The translations under genes and the position numbers were made by a program. Shown piece after piece: positions 11,931 to 40,559 of a stretch of 64,000 bases of DNA. Location: contig OZ037767.1 in the NCBI GenBank assembly GCA_964035545.1, positions 21,220,628 to 21,284,627 on the forward strand, in the 5' to 3' direction. The stretch comes from Bugula neritina (taxonomy: Eukaryota; Animalia; Bryozoa). The notes under the pieces are model-generated. The model did no database searches and was not told where the DNA came from. It saw only the letters and a program-made list of their open reading frames with translations. Positions within the stretch are counted from its first letter, which is position 1. The number at the start of each line of letters is the position of its first letter.

Positions 11931-14900
11931 ATGGATGAGAAAACTAAAATCTCACCCGTTTCTTCTGATCGACAGCTTTACCGAGACACCATGCACATTG
12001 ACCCTAAAATAAATACAAGAGCCTCGAAGTTTCCATATTGCATTGTCTGGACGCCTTTACCTTTAATCACGTATGTGATTTAGAATATCATAATCATTAT
12101 GTTAGTGATCATATCTATAATATTAATCGTGATATCTGATTTTATACAATTGCTAATCTTCATTGTTTTAAATTTATACTTGAAGCTAATCTTATGTGGT
12201 AAAACTAAATGTAATACTAATACTAATAGTAATAGTAATAGTTTTATAATTACTGTGATTGTGATACCGATACTGATCAGTGATTGTCATACTCATTGTG
12301 ATGCTGATACTCATTGCACTTGTATTTACAGTCATGCGTTTAGTCATTGTACTGATAGTCATAGTGATACTGGTAGTGGTTGTCATACACAGTCACTCTG
12401 ACTGAGTCATTCACATTGTGATTGTGTGGATGGTGATGATGTTGATGTTGATATGCTGTCTTTTAAAACTTAAAAGTTTAATTTTGATTCAAGTCTATGT
12501 TACAATAGTTATTCCATTCCTATAGTTATCATATCAGTTTTATAGCTTGCTGTTGGTGTTATGCTTACTCCTAGTAAAAGCATTGTAATTGTAGTTAGAC
12601 CTAATATACTATCACTATGTTACTAATTATTACTCAACTGTAGACTATCCTGTGTTTAGATGTATATTTAGATTTTGTGCATGGGTAATTTATAATTTAA
12701 TTGTTATGCATTAAATTTCAAGATCACAAAATTAGGCCGCATAATTTATAGTTGTGTAACTTAGACTGTGAAGCTATGTTATTTTATTAGTTGCACAAAA
12801 ACTTACATCGCTTATGTTAATTTTAGTATCAGATTGAAGTTTTACTGATTTAAGATAGTATGTTGATTACAATGCTCAAATAGAGCTTCAGTGTGATATT
12901 TTCACAACTGTATAATATATACCATTGAATTTCAATTTATAGAATGACAGTTGAATATTTTCTCTAAATATTGCTTGCTTAATAATTTTGCTGCAGATGG
13001 ATCTTGCCATTCATTGGTCACATGGGTATTGGAACTACTCAGGGCATCATTAGAGATTTTGCTGGACCATACTATGTATCTGTAAGTTGCATCATCTATT
13101 TCTTATCTTTATCTTTATGTTGTTGAAGTAGATTCTATCTAATGGTACTCGTGTTTTTTTTTAGGAAGACGATATGGCCTTTGGGAAACCGACCAAGTAA
13201 GTATTATACATTAGCAGAAGTATCGGTTGTATGCAAGTTTTGTATCATTTATTAGTGTTCTTTATTAGCTCAACTTTATAGTACTTATATATGTTAATTA
13301 TGCCATGATATACTGTATTTTTATAAACTTTTTAATTATCCTATGCTTTACTGTGTTTATGTAAACTTATTATACTATGCTATACTATGTATATATCATT
13401 TTCAGTTTTGGTAACTGCCTTAATTGTAAGAATGCCAATTTATCATTTGTGAAATGGATATGCTCAATACTGTGTTTTAATATGTTATCTTATATTATAC
13501 TCTGTTGTGCTGTATTATACTCTATTTTGCTATATTACACTCTGTTATACTATGTTACACTCTGCTATACTGTATTACACTCTGCTATACTGTATTACAC
13601 TTTGCTATACTGTATTATACCCTGTTATACTATATTACACTCTATCTTACTATATTGCACTTTGTTATACTATATTGCACTTTCTTATACTATATAGCAC
13701 TCTGTTATACTGTATTATACTATATCATAGATACTGGCAATTAGATGTAGACTCCGTGGGGTATGATGTGTGGGACAGGGCTGTATACGAGGCATCAGAG
13801 ATCTACAAAGGAAGAATGGTAGCTCCTAGCACTGTTTATATGTAGAGGTCAATCACACATCAGTTGTGTGCTGACGCTTTCTCTGCCGTTTTGTGATCTC
13901 TTTAGCCAGCATTCCTACTACCACCACATGCTCTGATGTAGAGGCAGCGGTTTTGTTACAGCCTGTATAATTAATTAGTGCATCTACTGTATCCTTCCCT
14001 CTCGGTTATACAATTACTTATACTCGCTTTGTTGCTGTCACATGATGGTCAGATGACTTTATGGTGTTCAAGTAGACTGTAGGAAATAGATTTTAATTTT
14101 GAATAATTTCTCAACAAAAAATTGTATTAGTTTTGCAGCAGTTTTCAGGCTTGTAGAGTTTGAAGTTGCCCTCTTCTTCTATAAAGAGCAGACAATTTCT
14201 ACTCTCAACTCAATGTGTGTTTTGTAGCACAATCTATGTTGTGATAATTGTCATTCCCACGTGGCGATGGCCCTGAACAATATGAGATACAAAGGCAGTC
14301 AGTCATGGAATATGGTTAAGCTGTGTTTCCTCATGCTTTGGCATGGTAAATATGTAGAGTAAGTTCTATCACTCTAGACTAATTAGCTCCCTTTTATTTA
14401 TAGTGCCAATCTGCTGGGGGAATGTGATTTTTAACCTTTTACCAAGTCAAATGCAATTAGATTGGTGTAATGGATTATTTAGACGACAGCTAAGCCTGAA
14501 CATTCATGCATTGTCGGGATGCGGTGTAAAATCCGATAGCTGTGATGTAACAAGCAATAAGCGCTCACTTTGTGCTGTATAGTGAATGTTTGATTGCAGC
14601 CATCTAGTTGGAGTTGGCTTCTCACGCTACATTCAAATCAATAAATATTTGAAACCACTGGTTTGTCTCTAATGAGCATAACCAGCTGAATGCAAGTCGG
14701 ATGTTTGCATAATTATATACTGTACACAGTTATATGCTGTACACAGTTATATACTGTACACAGTTATATACAGTACACAGTTATATGCTGTACACTGTTA
14801 TATACTGTACACAGTTATATGTTGTACACAGTTATATACTGTACACAGTTATATACAGTACACAGTTATATACTGTACACTGTTATATACTGTACACAGT

Positions 14901-15603
14901 TATATGCTGTACACTGTTATATACTGTACACTGTTATATACTGTACACAGTTATATACTGTACACTGTTATATACTGTACACTGTTATATACTGTACACT
15001 GTTATATACTGTACACAGTTATATACTGTACACAGTTATACACAGTACACAGTTATATACTGTACACTGTTATACACAGTACACAGTTATATACAGTACA
15101 CAGTTATATACTGTACACAGTTATATACTGTGTACAGTATATAACAGTGTACAGTATATAACTGTGTACAGTATATAACAGTACACAGTTATATACTGTA
15201 CACTGTTATATGCTGTACACAGTTATATACTGTACACTGTTATATACTGTACACAGTTATATACTGTACACTGTTATATACTGTACACAGTTATATACTG
15301 TACACAGTTATATACTGTACACAGTTATATGCTGTACACAGTTATATGCTGTACACAGTTATATACTGTGCAAAGTACACAGTTATATATATTTATATTT
15401 TCACAATTTGATTTTTATTGATTTCTCTTTCTTAGTTATTAGTATTTTTTCTATTATGTTTTGCTGTTCCTGATGCTGCTACCTTCATAAAGCAATGTTG
15501 GTTTGTATTTTACAGCTGCTGTGGTTTTCTAAAAACTTGGCTCCCATTCTTTCTATTGGCTGGAGGCATTGTAACAGTAGTTCTAGCCCTCCATCTCAGC
15601 TAG
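11931..15603 (+). CDS. TMEM222: Transmembrane protein 222 (RTE1-like family)
   Basis: Exons 11931-12070, 12997-13081, 13165-13196, 13731-13818, 14228-14358, 15516-15603 (TAG), all in phase. Translation KFPYCIVWTPLPLITWILPFIGHMGIGTTQGIIRDFAGPYYVSEDDMAFGKPTKYWQLD...HNLCCDNCHSHVAMALN...FLKTWLPF is diagnostic. Confidence 0.96.
12090..12460. repeat. Cryptic 6-nt-periodic tract at the start of TMEM222 intron 1
   Basis: actaat actaat agtaat ... actgat agtcat agtgat actggt agtggt. Confidence 0.65.
13490..13725. repeat. ~20-bp minisatellite abutting a TMEM222 splice acceptor
   Basis: tgtattacactctgctatac repeated up to the AG at 13729-13730. Confidence 0.88.
14712..15390. repeat. 17-bp minisatellite (~40 copies) in the last coding-region intron of TMEM222
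   Basis: ctgtacacagttatata tandem array; explains ORFs 14690-15473. Confidence 0.95.
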
Positions 15604-16539
15604 GTACATACTCTATTCACAGTTGCATTTTCATGCTAATTTAGTGTAATTTATTGCCTCTCCAGCCAATTTCTATAACCATTTTGTTGTTGTTTTTTAG
15701 AATACGAGTAGAATAGAAATGGCTTTCTGCTTCTCAAGGTTAAATTATATTGATATATATCTCTGTAGGTTTTACTGTAATGACACAAGCTCTACTGTAT
15801 ATACTTGATGATCAGTAAAAAAGTTTCGTGATTAGCATTATTAATCATGTTATTTACACAAGTTCACTTTTCTGAAATTGAAAATATTTATTTTTGAGGT
15901 TTTTAGTTTTTCTCAGCGTGCTGTGTGATGATCAGTGTATTTTATAATAGGTATCTGAAGAAAATAAATTATTCATTTTATTCCCATTGCTTAATTTTCA
16001 TGTTACTCTGCAAATACAAATAATCTTACACTTTCAACATTATTTTCACTAGGTTGGGTATGAAACTGCTCTATGTGATCAACTTGTCTAAGTAAATTTA
16101 TAAACACGTGGCTAACATAATTTAGTTCCAGCGAATAACCTTATGTGAACAATCAGATTTAGTGAAATTTAATAAACTTCTAATAAACAGCTTCATCTTC
16201 TCGCATTGGAGTTATCAGCACGTTTCACTTACGCCCAATCACATGGGTCGTTAGTAATGCGCTCCTCCATTTTGACCTTGGCCTTCATTCGACAATGTTT
16301 ACTTCAGTTGGTATGGGCAATTGAAAAATCTTCATTCACAATCATGATGATAATATTAAATAATTAATACTCATAGCTACCGGAGACGAATACATATTAT
16401 AATCATCATGGTAATGTCAAACATTAGGCATCGGTGATCACTATTTACACAAACCCAATCACTTTGGCCCAATGTCTCTGATGTGGAGCTAATTCAGTAA
16501 TACTAATTGCATCTTCTTCAGGATTTTTTTCCAGAAAAG

Positions 16540-16960
16540 GTAACTAGTACTAGTACTAGTTAAACTTAATCACGGTGTTATACTTATACTTATAGTTATA
16601 ATACTTTTACTTATAGTTATAGTATTAGATTTAGTTATAGTTATACTGGTACTTATACTTTTATTTAATATTTATACGTAAAGCAAAAGTCAATAAAGCT
16701 CATATTTTGAGTTTCCTGTGACCAAACACCCTCTAAGACTGACCCTGCAATTTTCATTTTGGTTTTCATCTGGATTCAGATTAAATCTGGATTTCATCTT
16801 CAGCACGATTTTAGCTTAGTCTGTGCTTCGAGCTTTGTCAAGATCACGGTGATCGTTTTTTCTTCTGCATTCATTGCTATTGCTAAATGTAATATTATTA
16901 GTATTGCTATTACTATTAGTATTAGTGTTAGACCTAAGGCTAATATTTGTAATAAGACTA
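16540..16960. repeat. Cryptic 6-nt-periodic tract after the donor at 16540
   Basis: actagt actagt ... acttat acttat agttat ... attgct attgct ... attagt attagt. Confidence 0.6.
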
Positions 16961-17154
16961 AATACTGTGAACAATAATTCATTGAATAAATTTACAGGTA
17001 CTGTCTTCATGATAATTATTATAATAAAAATGAAAATGCTGGCATTCAACAGGAACTTATACATTTCTTAGAGGGAATAAGAAATCTATAACTTTGTGTT
17101 CCTATTAATAATTACTATAAGTCTTTGTTTTGCAGTTATCTGCTAATAGTAAAG

Positions 17155-19020
17155 ATGTGGCTGTATTTCATACCACACAGTGTCTATCACCTTATGCGAT
17201 GGTTTCCAAAGAATAACAGAGTTAAAATGTTAGTAAGACATACTTTCCTACTAATTGATGATTATATATATTATTTTACTTATTTCAAGTGATCCTATCT
17301 TGATAGATGTGCTTTATATATATGTCATATTTCAGTGTTATTTGTCTTTATCATTTACTATCTTGCCATCTTATTCGAGTTATTTAAGGCTCAAATTTGA
17401 TAGCTGATCTGATAGGATTAAATGTTGCGTGAAGTCAGGAATTGCAACGCATGTAACAGCCTAGAGCAAGCACACATGCACATGCTATTCTCCACTCAAT
17501 ATCTCTATAAAATTTGTCAATTTAATTTACTAAATTTGATATTTAAATTGTTTATTTGCTTACAATGAGGCCTCGGCATGCCTGCTGAAAATGCAGTTTA
17601 TGATGTCCAACAAAATAAATTTCAGGCGAGTCATTAGACACGAAATTTGCTTGGCAAGTTTTTGATCAACATATTATTTGCTCAGATGGGCGGGGCTTTT
17701 ATTTTAAATTAATTTAAATTTGAAAGTCAAATTCATTAGAAAAAAAATACAATCCAGGGTATACAATGATTTTTATGTTGAATTTGAGCTTACTTTTCAT
17801 TTTCTATTTGCTCATCTTAGTAGTTTTCTGCTCTTAGTTGTTGATGATTAACCCTTCTGTTGCAGACGACTCCTTCTAATACTGTGCGTGCTCTGCGTGC
17901 TGATTCCTCAAATATACGTGTTCGTTAACCGGCGTAGTCTGAGATTTTGTGTTGTACCTATATTTTACATGCTAGCATGGGGAATAGCATTTACCTGCGC
18001 CATGATAGGTAAGTATGCATTATAGCTAGTGTCTACTGCATATAATAATAAAAAATTGTCAATAAACATGCTGTATTATGTATATTTAATTTGTTTGAGA
18101 ATTTGTAGTCTAAAGCAAAAATATTGTACAGCTTGAATAGTTTATTTGCCACTTGCATCATGCTTAGCTTGGAGAAAAGTTAGATTTTAATGGGGACATC
18201 AAGTTATCTTTTAGTTTTGACTGACATGTGGCATATTCTCTATGCAGGTTTTTCTATTCTCTTTGCTCTCATGGACCCCGTCCCTTACCAGATAAAAGTA
18301 GTCTTCCACATTTATGGCGGCTTCTCCTTCATCTACAGCATTATAGAGGCTGTCTATGCCTTTCAAGCAAAGGGCTGTGTAAGGCTATCTTTTCTTATTT
18401 TTATCTAGCATATGCTTTGCCCAAGTTACTACGTCTATTAACTGACTTATAGTTGGGGTATCTGTTTACAGGTTAACGTATGTATTACCTTTATTTTGTC
18501 ATTCCAGTTTAATCATTTAAATACCTCTTCACTGCTCTACTTGTAGAGAATATACTCTGAGGAGTTGTATTGGTACTCACTGGCAGAAGGCGTACTGGCC
18601 ATCCTATGTCTAGGTAAGTGCTGCTAGTGTCTATTACTTATAGTGACTGATATTATAATGATGGTATTGGCAGCCTGTGTCGTCATGCAGCAATCTTATT
18701 ATCTCTTTGTTCAGTGGAAGTCAATATAATTATCTAATACTGGGCCAAATAAATAGAAAATGTATGCTTCGGTGGTGCTAGCGATAGTTCTTTATTAATA
18801 CATACTGGTTGCTGTGATGATAATATACTTGCTAATGTGGGCTGTGTTCATAGCCACATCTGATATCTATATGCTAATTTTACCTGCAGTATTCTTTGGG
18901 CTAGTCATTCCTTTCTGGCTGGCATCTCTCTGCTGTAAGAAAAGAGTTCTAGACCGAGAAACCCGGACTGGACTTTGTTATGAACCAGTCACTTGCTGCT
19001 CCTGCATATGGCATGTCTGA
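17155..19020 (+). CDS. Uncharacterised 181-aa multi-pass membrane protein with a Cys-rich C-terminus
   Basis: Five phase-consistent GT-AG exons: 17155-17228, 17866-18008, 18248-18378, 18547-18613, 18890-19020 (546 nt). About four hydrophobic segments; ends GLCYEPVTCCSCIWHV*. A probable 5'UTR exon ends at 16539. Family not recognised. Confidence 0.8.
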
Positions 19021-19430
19021 TATATGATATAGTATAGACATATGACATGTCTGGTACATGATATAGTATAGGCATATGACATGTCTGATATATGATACAG
19101 TATAGGCATATGACATGTCTGATATATGATATAGTATAGGCATATGGCATGTCTGATATATGATATAGTATAGACATATGACATGTCTGATATATGATAT
19201 AGTATAGGCATATGGCATGTCTGATATATGATATAGTATAGACATATGACATGTCTGATATATGATATAGTATAGGCATATGGCATGTCTGATATATGAT
19301 ATAGTATAGGCATATGGCATGTCTGATACATGATATAGTATAGGCATATGGCATGTCTGATATATGATATAGTATAGGCATATGGCATGTCTGATATATG
19401 ATATAGTATAAACATATGGCATGTCTGATT
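19006..19430 (+). repeat. 34-bp minisatellite (~12 copies) containing the last codons and stop of the upstream gene
   Basis: catatggcatgtctgatatatgatatagtatagg repeated; the first copy encodes IWHV-TGA. Confidence 0.95.
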
Positions 19431-20452
19431 GATGATGTAATGAAGGCTTACACCATGTCTGATATGATATGTAACATGAACATATCATATCTCTGGTACA
19501 GCCCTTGAGACATTCCTTATGTTTTTATTTAGTTTAATTTTTTCATTACATTTTATATTTATTAATGTAAATCATGCAATGTTCTTCTCTGTTTATGAAA
19601 AGTATTTTTCACAATTATTTTGTTGTATTTTTTCTCCCAATTTTTGCATAATTGTTTAGCCCGGCTTTGGCTTTTTCAACTTAGTATATTTTTGTCTAAA
19701 GTCGAAACCTCTCAAGCTCAAATGTAAAATAAACTGATTTTAAAACGAATGGTCAACATCTACAGTTACAGGCTGCAAATTTATGCTCAAAATTGTTGAT
19801 TATTGAAGTTTTTGTCGTAAAACATTTTATTAAAGGTATTCCTGATATAAATTGTGCTCAATCAATCTGTAAGTCATCTGTTCTGAGCTCTGTAATACGT
19901 ATGGTACAACTCTGTAGTATGTATAGTACAACTCTGTAGTACGTATAGTACAACTCTGGTATGTGTAGCATAACTCTGTGGTAGGTATAGTAGAACTTCA
20001 GATTTTAAACAGAAGAGTTTATAATATATTTTATCCCACCTTCTGCATAATCTCATCACAACATGTAATTAGACTCGGGCTAAGTTATTACAGGTTTTCC
20101 AAAAGAGTGAAATATGCCATATTACAGATATAAGCATAAGTTGTTGTAAATGACAATGAAAATAAATACCACATATCTAATTAAAAATACAACAGGTTCT
20201 GTATAACTTGGACTGCTTACATCATTACTACTCATCTACTCAATAGAAGATGTAAAACTCAGCCAGTCAAAGGAGTACTTTTAAATCTTTAATATCTCCC
20301 ATTATAACCTAATAAAATTCTGAAAGTTCATGCAACTGCAAGATGCATGCCTCTGAAAAATGTTGCATACATACAGTCTATAATAATTACATGTTATATG
20401 TATGTGCTAGTATATGTATAGATATAATGAGCACACATGCATATATATATAT

Positions 20453-20976
20453 CTGCTGATTTACAAAATGGCTATCGGACCAACCCTACTATACGGGAAT
20501 GAGACTTGGCCCATCACAAAGTCTCTGGCAGACAAGATGTCATCATGTGAGATGCGCATGCTGCGATACAGTTTGAATGTCAGTTTAGAAGATCATAAGC
20601 CAAATGAGGAAATAACAGCAGAAGCGAGAGTGATGCCAATTAAAGACCTGATGAGGAAATAACAGCAGAAGCGAGAGTGATGCCAATTAAAGACCTGGTG
20701 AGGAAAAGACGAATGCAGTGGTATGGACATGTTAGAAGAAGAGAAAGCGAGGAAGACATCCGGAGAGTGTCAGAGATGACAGTTGAGGGAGTTCGACCTA
20801 GGGGTAGACCAAAGCAAAGATGGTGTGATACAATAAACTCAGACCTTAGATGGCTCGATCTAGATGGCGCAGATGCTGAAGATCGAGTTCGATGGAGATG
20901 CCTGGTAGAACTTGGTATCAAGCAAAAACCCGCCACCCGCGCAGGACCACGGCAGTGAAAGGTGACCAAAGGTGAC

Positions 20977-20978
<2 letters not shown>
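20453..20978 (+). mobile_element. 5'-truncated RTE-clade LINE (3' end of the ORF) inserted in a (TA)n tract
   Basis: LIYKMAIGPTLLYGNETWP...EMRMLR...RRMQWYGHVRRR...VEGVRPRGRPKQRWCD...DRVRWR is the typical RTE C-terminal region. Tandem tail aaaggtgacc x2; TA repeats on both sides. Confidence 0.9.
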
Positions 20979-21025
<47 letters not shown>

Positions 21026-21193
21026 CATAATATCAACAATGAAATTTGAATTTAAAACGTTGCGTCTTGCAATCAGTTCAACAATCAAAATGATTAGAGT
21101 TTCACTCTGTATCTGTTTCTTGGTGAAGCAAGCTGTTATTTCTGCTCTCTCTGTTTCCAGATATACATATACGCTTCTATTATTATCGTCAAA

Positions 21194-22085
21194 ATGTATT
21201 TTAGAAAACATTCACTTTCTAGTACCACATCTTTGACTACCAGAGTGAATGAGAATATCTCTCCATCCTACACCCCTACTGAGTAAGTTTATTTATCATT
21301 TCTTTTAAAACTTGCAGTGGAAATTTTGTAGCCTACTAATATGCCGCCATCTATGATAATATATTTATTAGAAATTAACATTCACAGTATTTAATTATAG
21401 AAGACAAAGTATGTAGAAATGTTTAAATACCTTAAAAGCTACTAGTTGGTATGTAATGCTATACATAATGCATGACGCAATGCATTGCACATCAGAGTAG
21501 AAAGCATGCAACAGGGAATACAATTCCAAAGTTTACTTCATAAGCTTATATACATCTTTTGACTTCTATCAGTGATAATAGCACATAGCATAATAGCTTT
21601 GTGATGCAGTTGACATGGATTATAAACATTATAAATTATACATTGCAAAATGTTTTTATCATATGCACATGAGAACCAATGTGACGATATATAAAACATA
21701 TTTTAGAACTCCGGGTGAAGTTATAGAGATGAAAATCTTCATTAAAAAAGTAAAGAGTGCTATTGGTAGAGACGGTTTAGATGATGGAGTATGTTTGTTT
21801 GAGAAAGTGATAGACTATAAAATAACATTGGAAGATATTGAAGAGGAAGATGATATTGAATTTGTCTCCCCAATTAATAACAAGAAGACAACTTTCAAAT
21901 CTACATATTCCAATGCATTTTGTAGCATCAGAAAAAAAATTAGGAGTAGTAGTGACAGTGACACTAAAGCTATATCCTATAGACATAGCAAAATCTGCTG
22001 CTCCAAAGTTAAATTAAATAGAAAATGGCTAAAGACTGTTAAATCTTGTTTTCCAATAAAAAGTGGTCAGTATTCTCTATACTGA
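21194..22085 (+). CDS. Putative two-exon orphan protein (155 aa)
   Basis: caaaATG at 21194, donor GA|GTAAGT at 21282, acceptor ttttag|A at 21707 in matching phase, and a 379-nt open exon in AT-rich DNA. No homology recognised. Confidence 0.45.
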
Positions 22086-23558
22086 AACATCAGCCATTAA
22101 TTTATATTCATTTGAATGTATAGTATATATTTGTTTGTTATTGTAAATACATATATATGTATACATGTATATATATATATTTATTATCACACAATATGTA
22201 TGATTTATGTATGTATGCAGTGCCCCTTAATTTATTGGACAAAGCCTAGTTTTATTCTCTTTAATTGCACATGTATAGCAAACAATAATTTATTAAAATA
22301 AACTGCATTGTATTATTATGTTAGATTCCATAATTATAATGACGTTGTGGTATAATTCTTAAAACATTTCGAATAGCAGCATTAATTGCATGGTGAAGTT
22401 TTTCCAGCTGTACCTGTGAATTGTTGTTGACAAAATGAAGTATTTTTATTTGTTAGTGTCTTGAATATTAAAAACACAGCAGCTGTAAATTATAGCATGA
22501 AAATAGGTTATACAAAAATAGTTATTATAGCTCATACTTTTACAGACTCCTCAAGAATTCAACCAATCTTTAGGCTATCTTTTAACAAGTTAATAAAGTA
22601 CTTTTTATTAAAATTGAACATTAGACTTGCAAAAGTAAAAACTAAACTTTTTTGAATTTTACTGAAAATTTGCAAATTATTTATTTGACTCGATTCTTAT
22701 CTTTCTCATGTGCAATGTCATCCCAAATATATTCGAAGTTGTCTTCTCTTGGATGATATGCTAGTTGGTTGATTATTATTCCAAAGTAACTGATTGAATA
22801 TCTGCATATATTATTAAAGAGTAAAAAGCTGCAATTAACTAACTATAATTACGTAACGATAAGTTTGAGGTCTAACTAGGCCAGGCTGATCTGGGAGCTC
22901 ATTTTAAGCACAACCAGAAGAAAATTAATATTTTAACATCACACCACCAAGTAGATGTGTCATGATTTATAATAGAAGTAGTTCCCATGAAACTAATCTA
23001 CATCAAATCAAAAACTATGTTCAACTTTTTACGTGTATTTTTCACATTAATATCTATGACCAAAACACACTATAGAAAAAATAGGCTTTTACCATTGGTC
23101 AGAACTATACTGTTCAGTTAAAAAAACCGTTTAACAGAAACTTTTTTTTTCAACTTTATCTTTCTGATCAGACATCTTTAAACTAGTAAAACTTGTTTAA
23201 AATGTTTAAATAGCTTCAGCATCAATGTTATACATATAACAAAAAAATTATTACAAATATAATATTATAATTATAAACAATATAAAAATATATACCTAAT
23301 TCGTGATAGAACAGAACACCTGTATGCTGATAACAGCATTATACTTATATGTGCTAATACTGGTTTTAAATAATTCTGTTAAAACATCAAAAACAACTGT
23401 CGGTGGTAAAATAAGTGCAGGCCTTCTGCCCAAATCTATAAACCAGTAGTAAATTTTTGTGGTACACTAACAATCTAGAATTAAAATCACAATTATTCAG
23501 TACCGAGTCATGAGTTGCATACAATATAGTCACCTACAAGAACAATTCAACAGAGAAC

Positions 23559-39162
<15,604 letters not shown>

Positions 39163-40559
39163 TCTCTATCTACTGATTGATCAGAACTACAAGTAGTCTC
39201 GTCCAAATGCTCCATGAACCACAGCAACAATTTACCAGCTACAAGGCATGGAGCTTTACGGACAAATTCATTGAATACTTGGAAATGCAGAATTATGTTA
39301 TCAGGAAATCTTCAAAGCAAACTCATCTTAAGCTGAGTTGCATAAAAAATGAAACATGATGACTATAAATTTTCCTAATCCATATGTTATGTCACAATTT
39401 ACTTCAGCAATTTACTAGCTGCAGCAACAATACATTTACCATTCAAAGTTATAAATATTTATTAATACATATATACTTTAGCAGAGCCAACTATCTGGGT
39501 CAAAACTGGCATAGTAATGTACACATACATACCTCAACAGAGCCCAACTAAAGTAGGCAAACATAACAGCAATGCATATATGTAGCGCATAGTAACTTAC
39601 ATGACTGAGTAGAAGATGGTAAGTGAGCTGGAAATGACTAAATTAGGCCAGAAGCAGTAAAGGCAGCGCCGGCAGCAGTAGGGGTGATGTAAGAGAAGGC
39701 AGCAAAAAGATTCATAACTCAATTATCTCACTCTGTTACTCTCACTAATGACACAAAGTGGCTCAGCTTTTTGTCTTTCCTTCTCAATAATCAATAAACT
39801 AAACACACCATCGTAACAAATGGAGGGGAGAGACAACAATCAAATTCATAGACAAAGTGACACAACTGCAAAACATCTATAGATAAATAGACAATAGGGC
39901 AGCAATGACAACAATAATTAAATAGGTGTTATGTATCAATAATAGTTAGCAACACCTACGGTAATATATAGTAGTCATATAAATAGTAATATAGTAGCTG
40001 TCATATTTTTTATATAATAATTATTATGTTACTTTGTAATGATATATGATGAAAATTATTAAATGTTTACCTATTAGTAGTATCATTGATCTGTGTCATA
40101 CCTGACCCAGCCATTTGACAGATAGTTCTTGTCCAATCATGAAGCTTACTTTCTGAAAAGGAGCTTCTTCCATCCACTAACAGCTAAACCAAAACATTTC
40201 TCTGAGCTCATGTTCATCTTGCATATGATGAAACAGCAACAGATCTAAAGTCATTGGAAACATTCATTTAGCGCACGATATTAATTTTAATTGCATGCTT
40301 TTAAAATAAAGTTCTAAATCCTCTTTTACTCTATTTTCTATGTAGAGAGGAAATATATAACCAACTTACATCATTAAATTTGTATAAACATTCATAATCT
40401 TTGCAATATCTAGTTGTCTAGAGGCTGTCTACATAACTAAAGAAGAAGATAACTCTTATGTTTATTTCACTAACCTACTGTTGATTCACACACATTATTA
40501 TATTTATATACATGTCTGGCACAACTGAGTGTAAGAATAATGAGAAGTTATTTAGCTTG

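Noticed and set aside
14690-15473. Long ORFs rich in Y/T/V/I/L/C/H here and at 13377-13845, 18949-19488, 29617-29960, 31700-32098, 42429-42980, 52965-53276, 56374-56811, 62882-63699
   Set aside because: They are translations of tandem repeats, open in several frames at once, and most lie inside introns or UTRs of well-supported genes.
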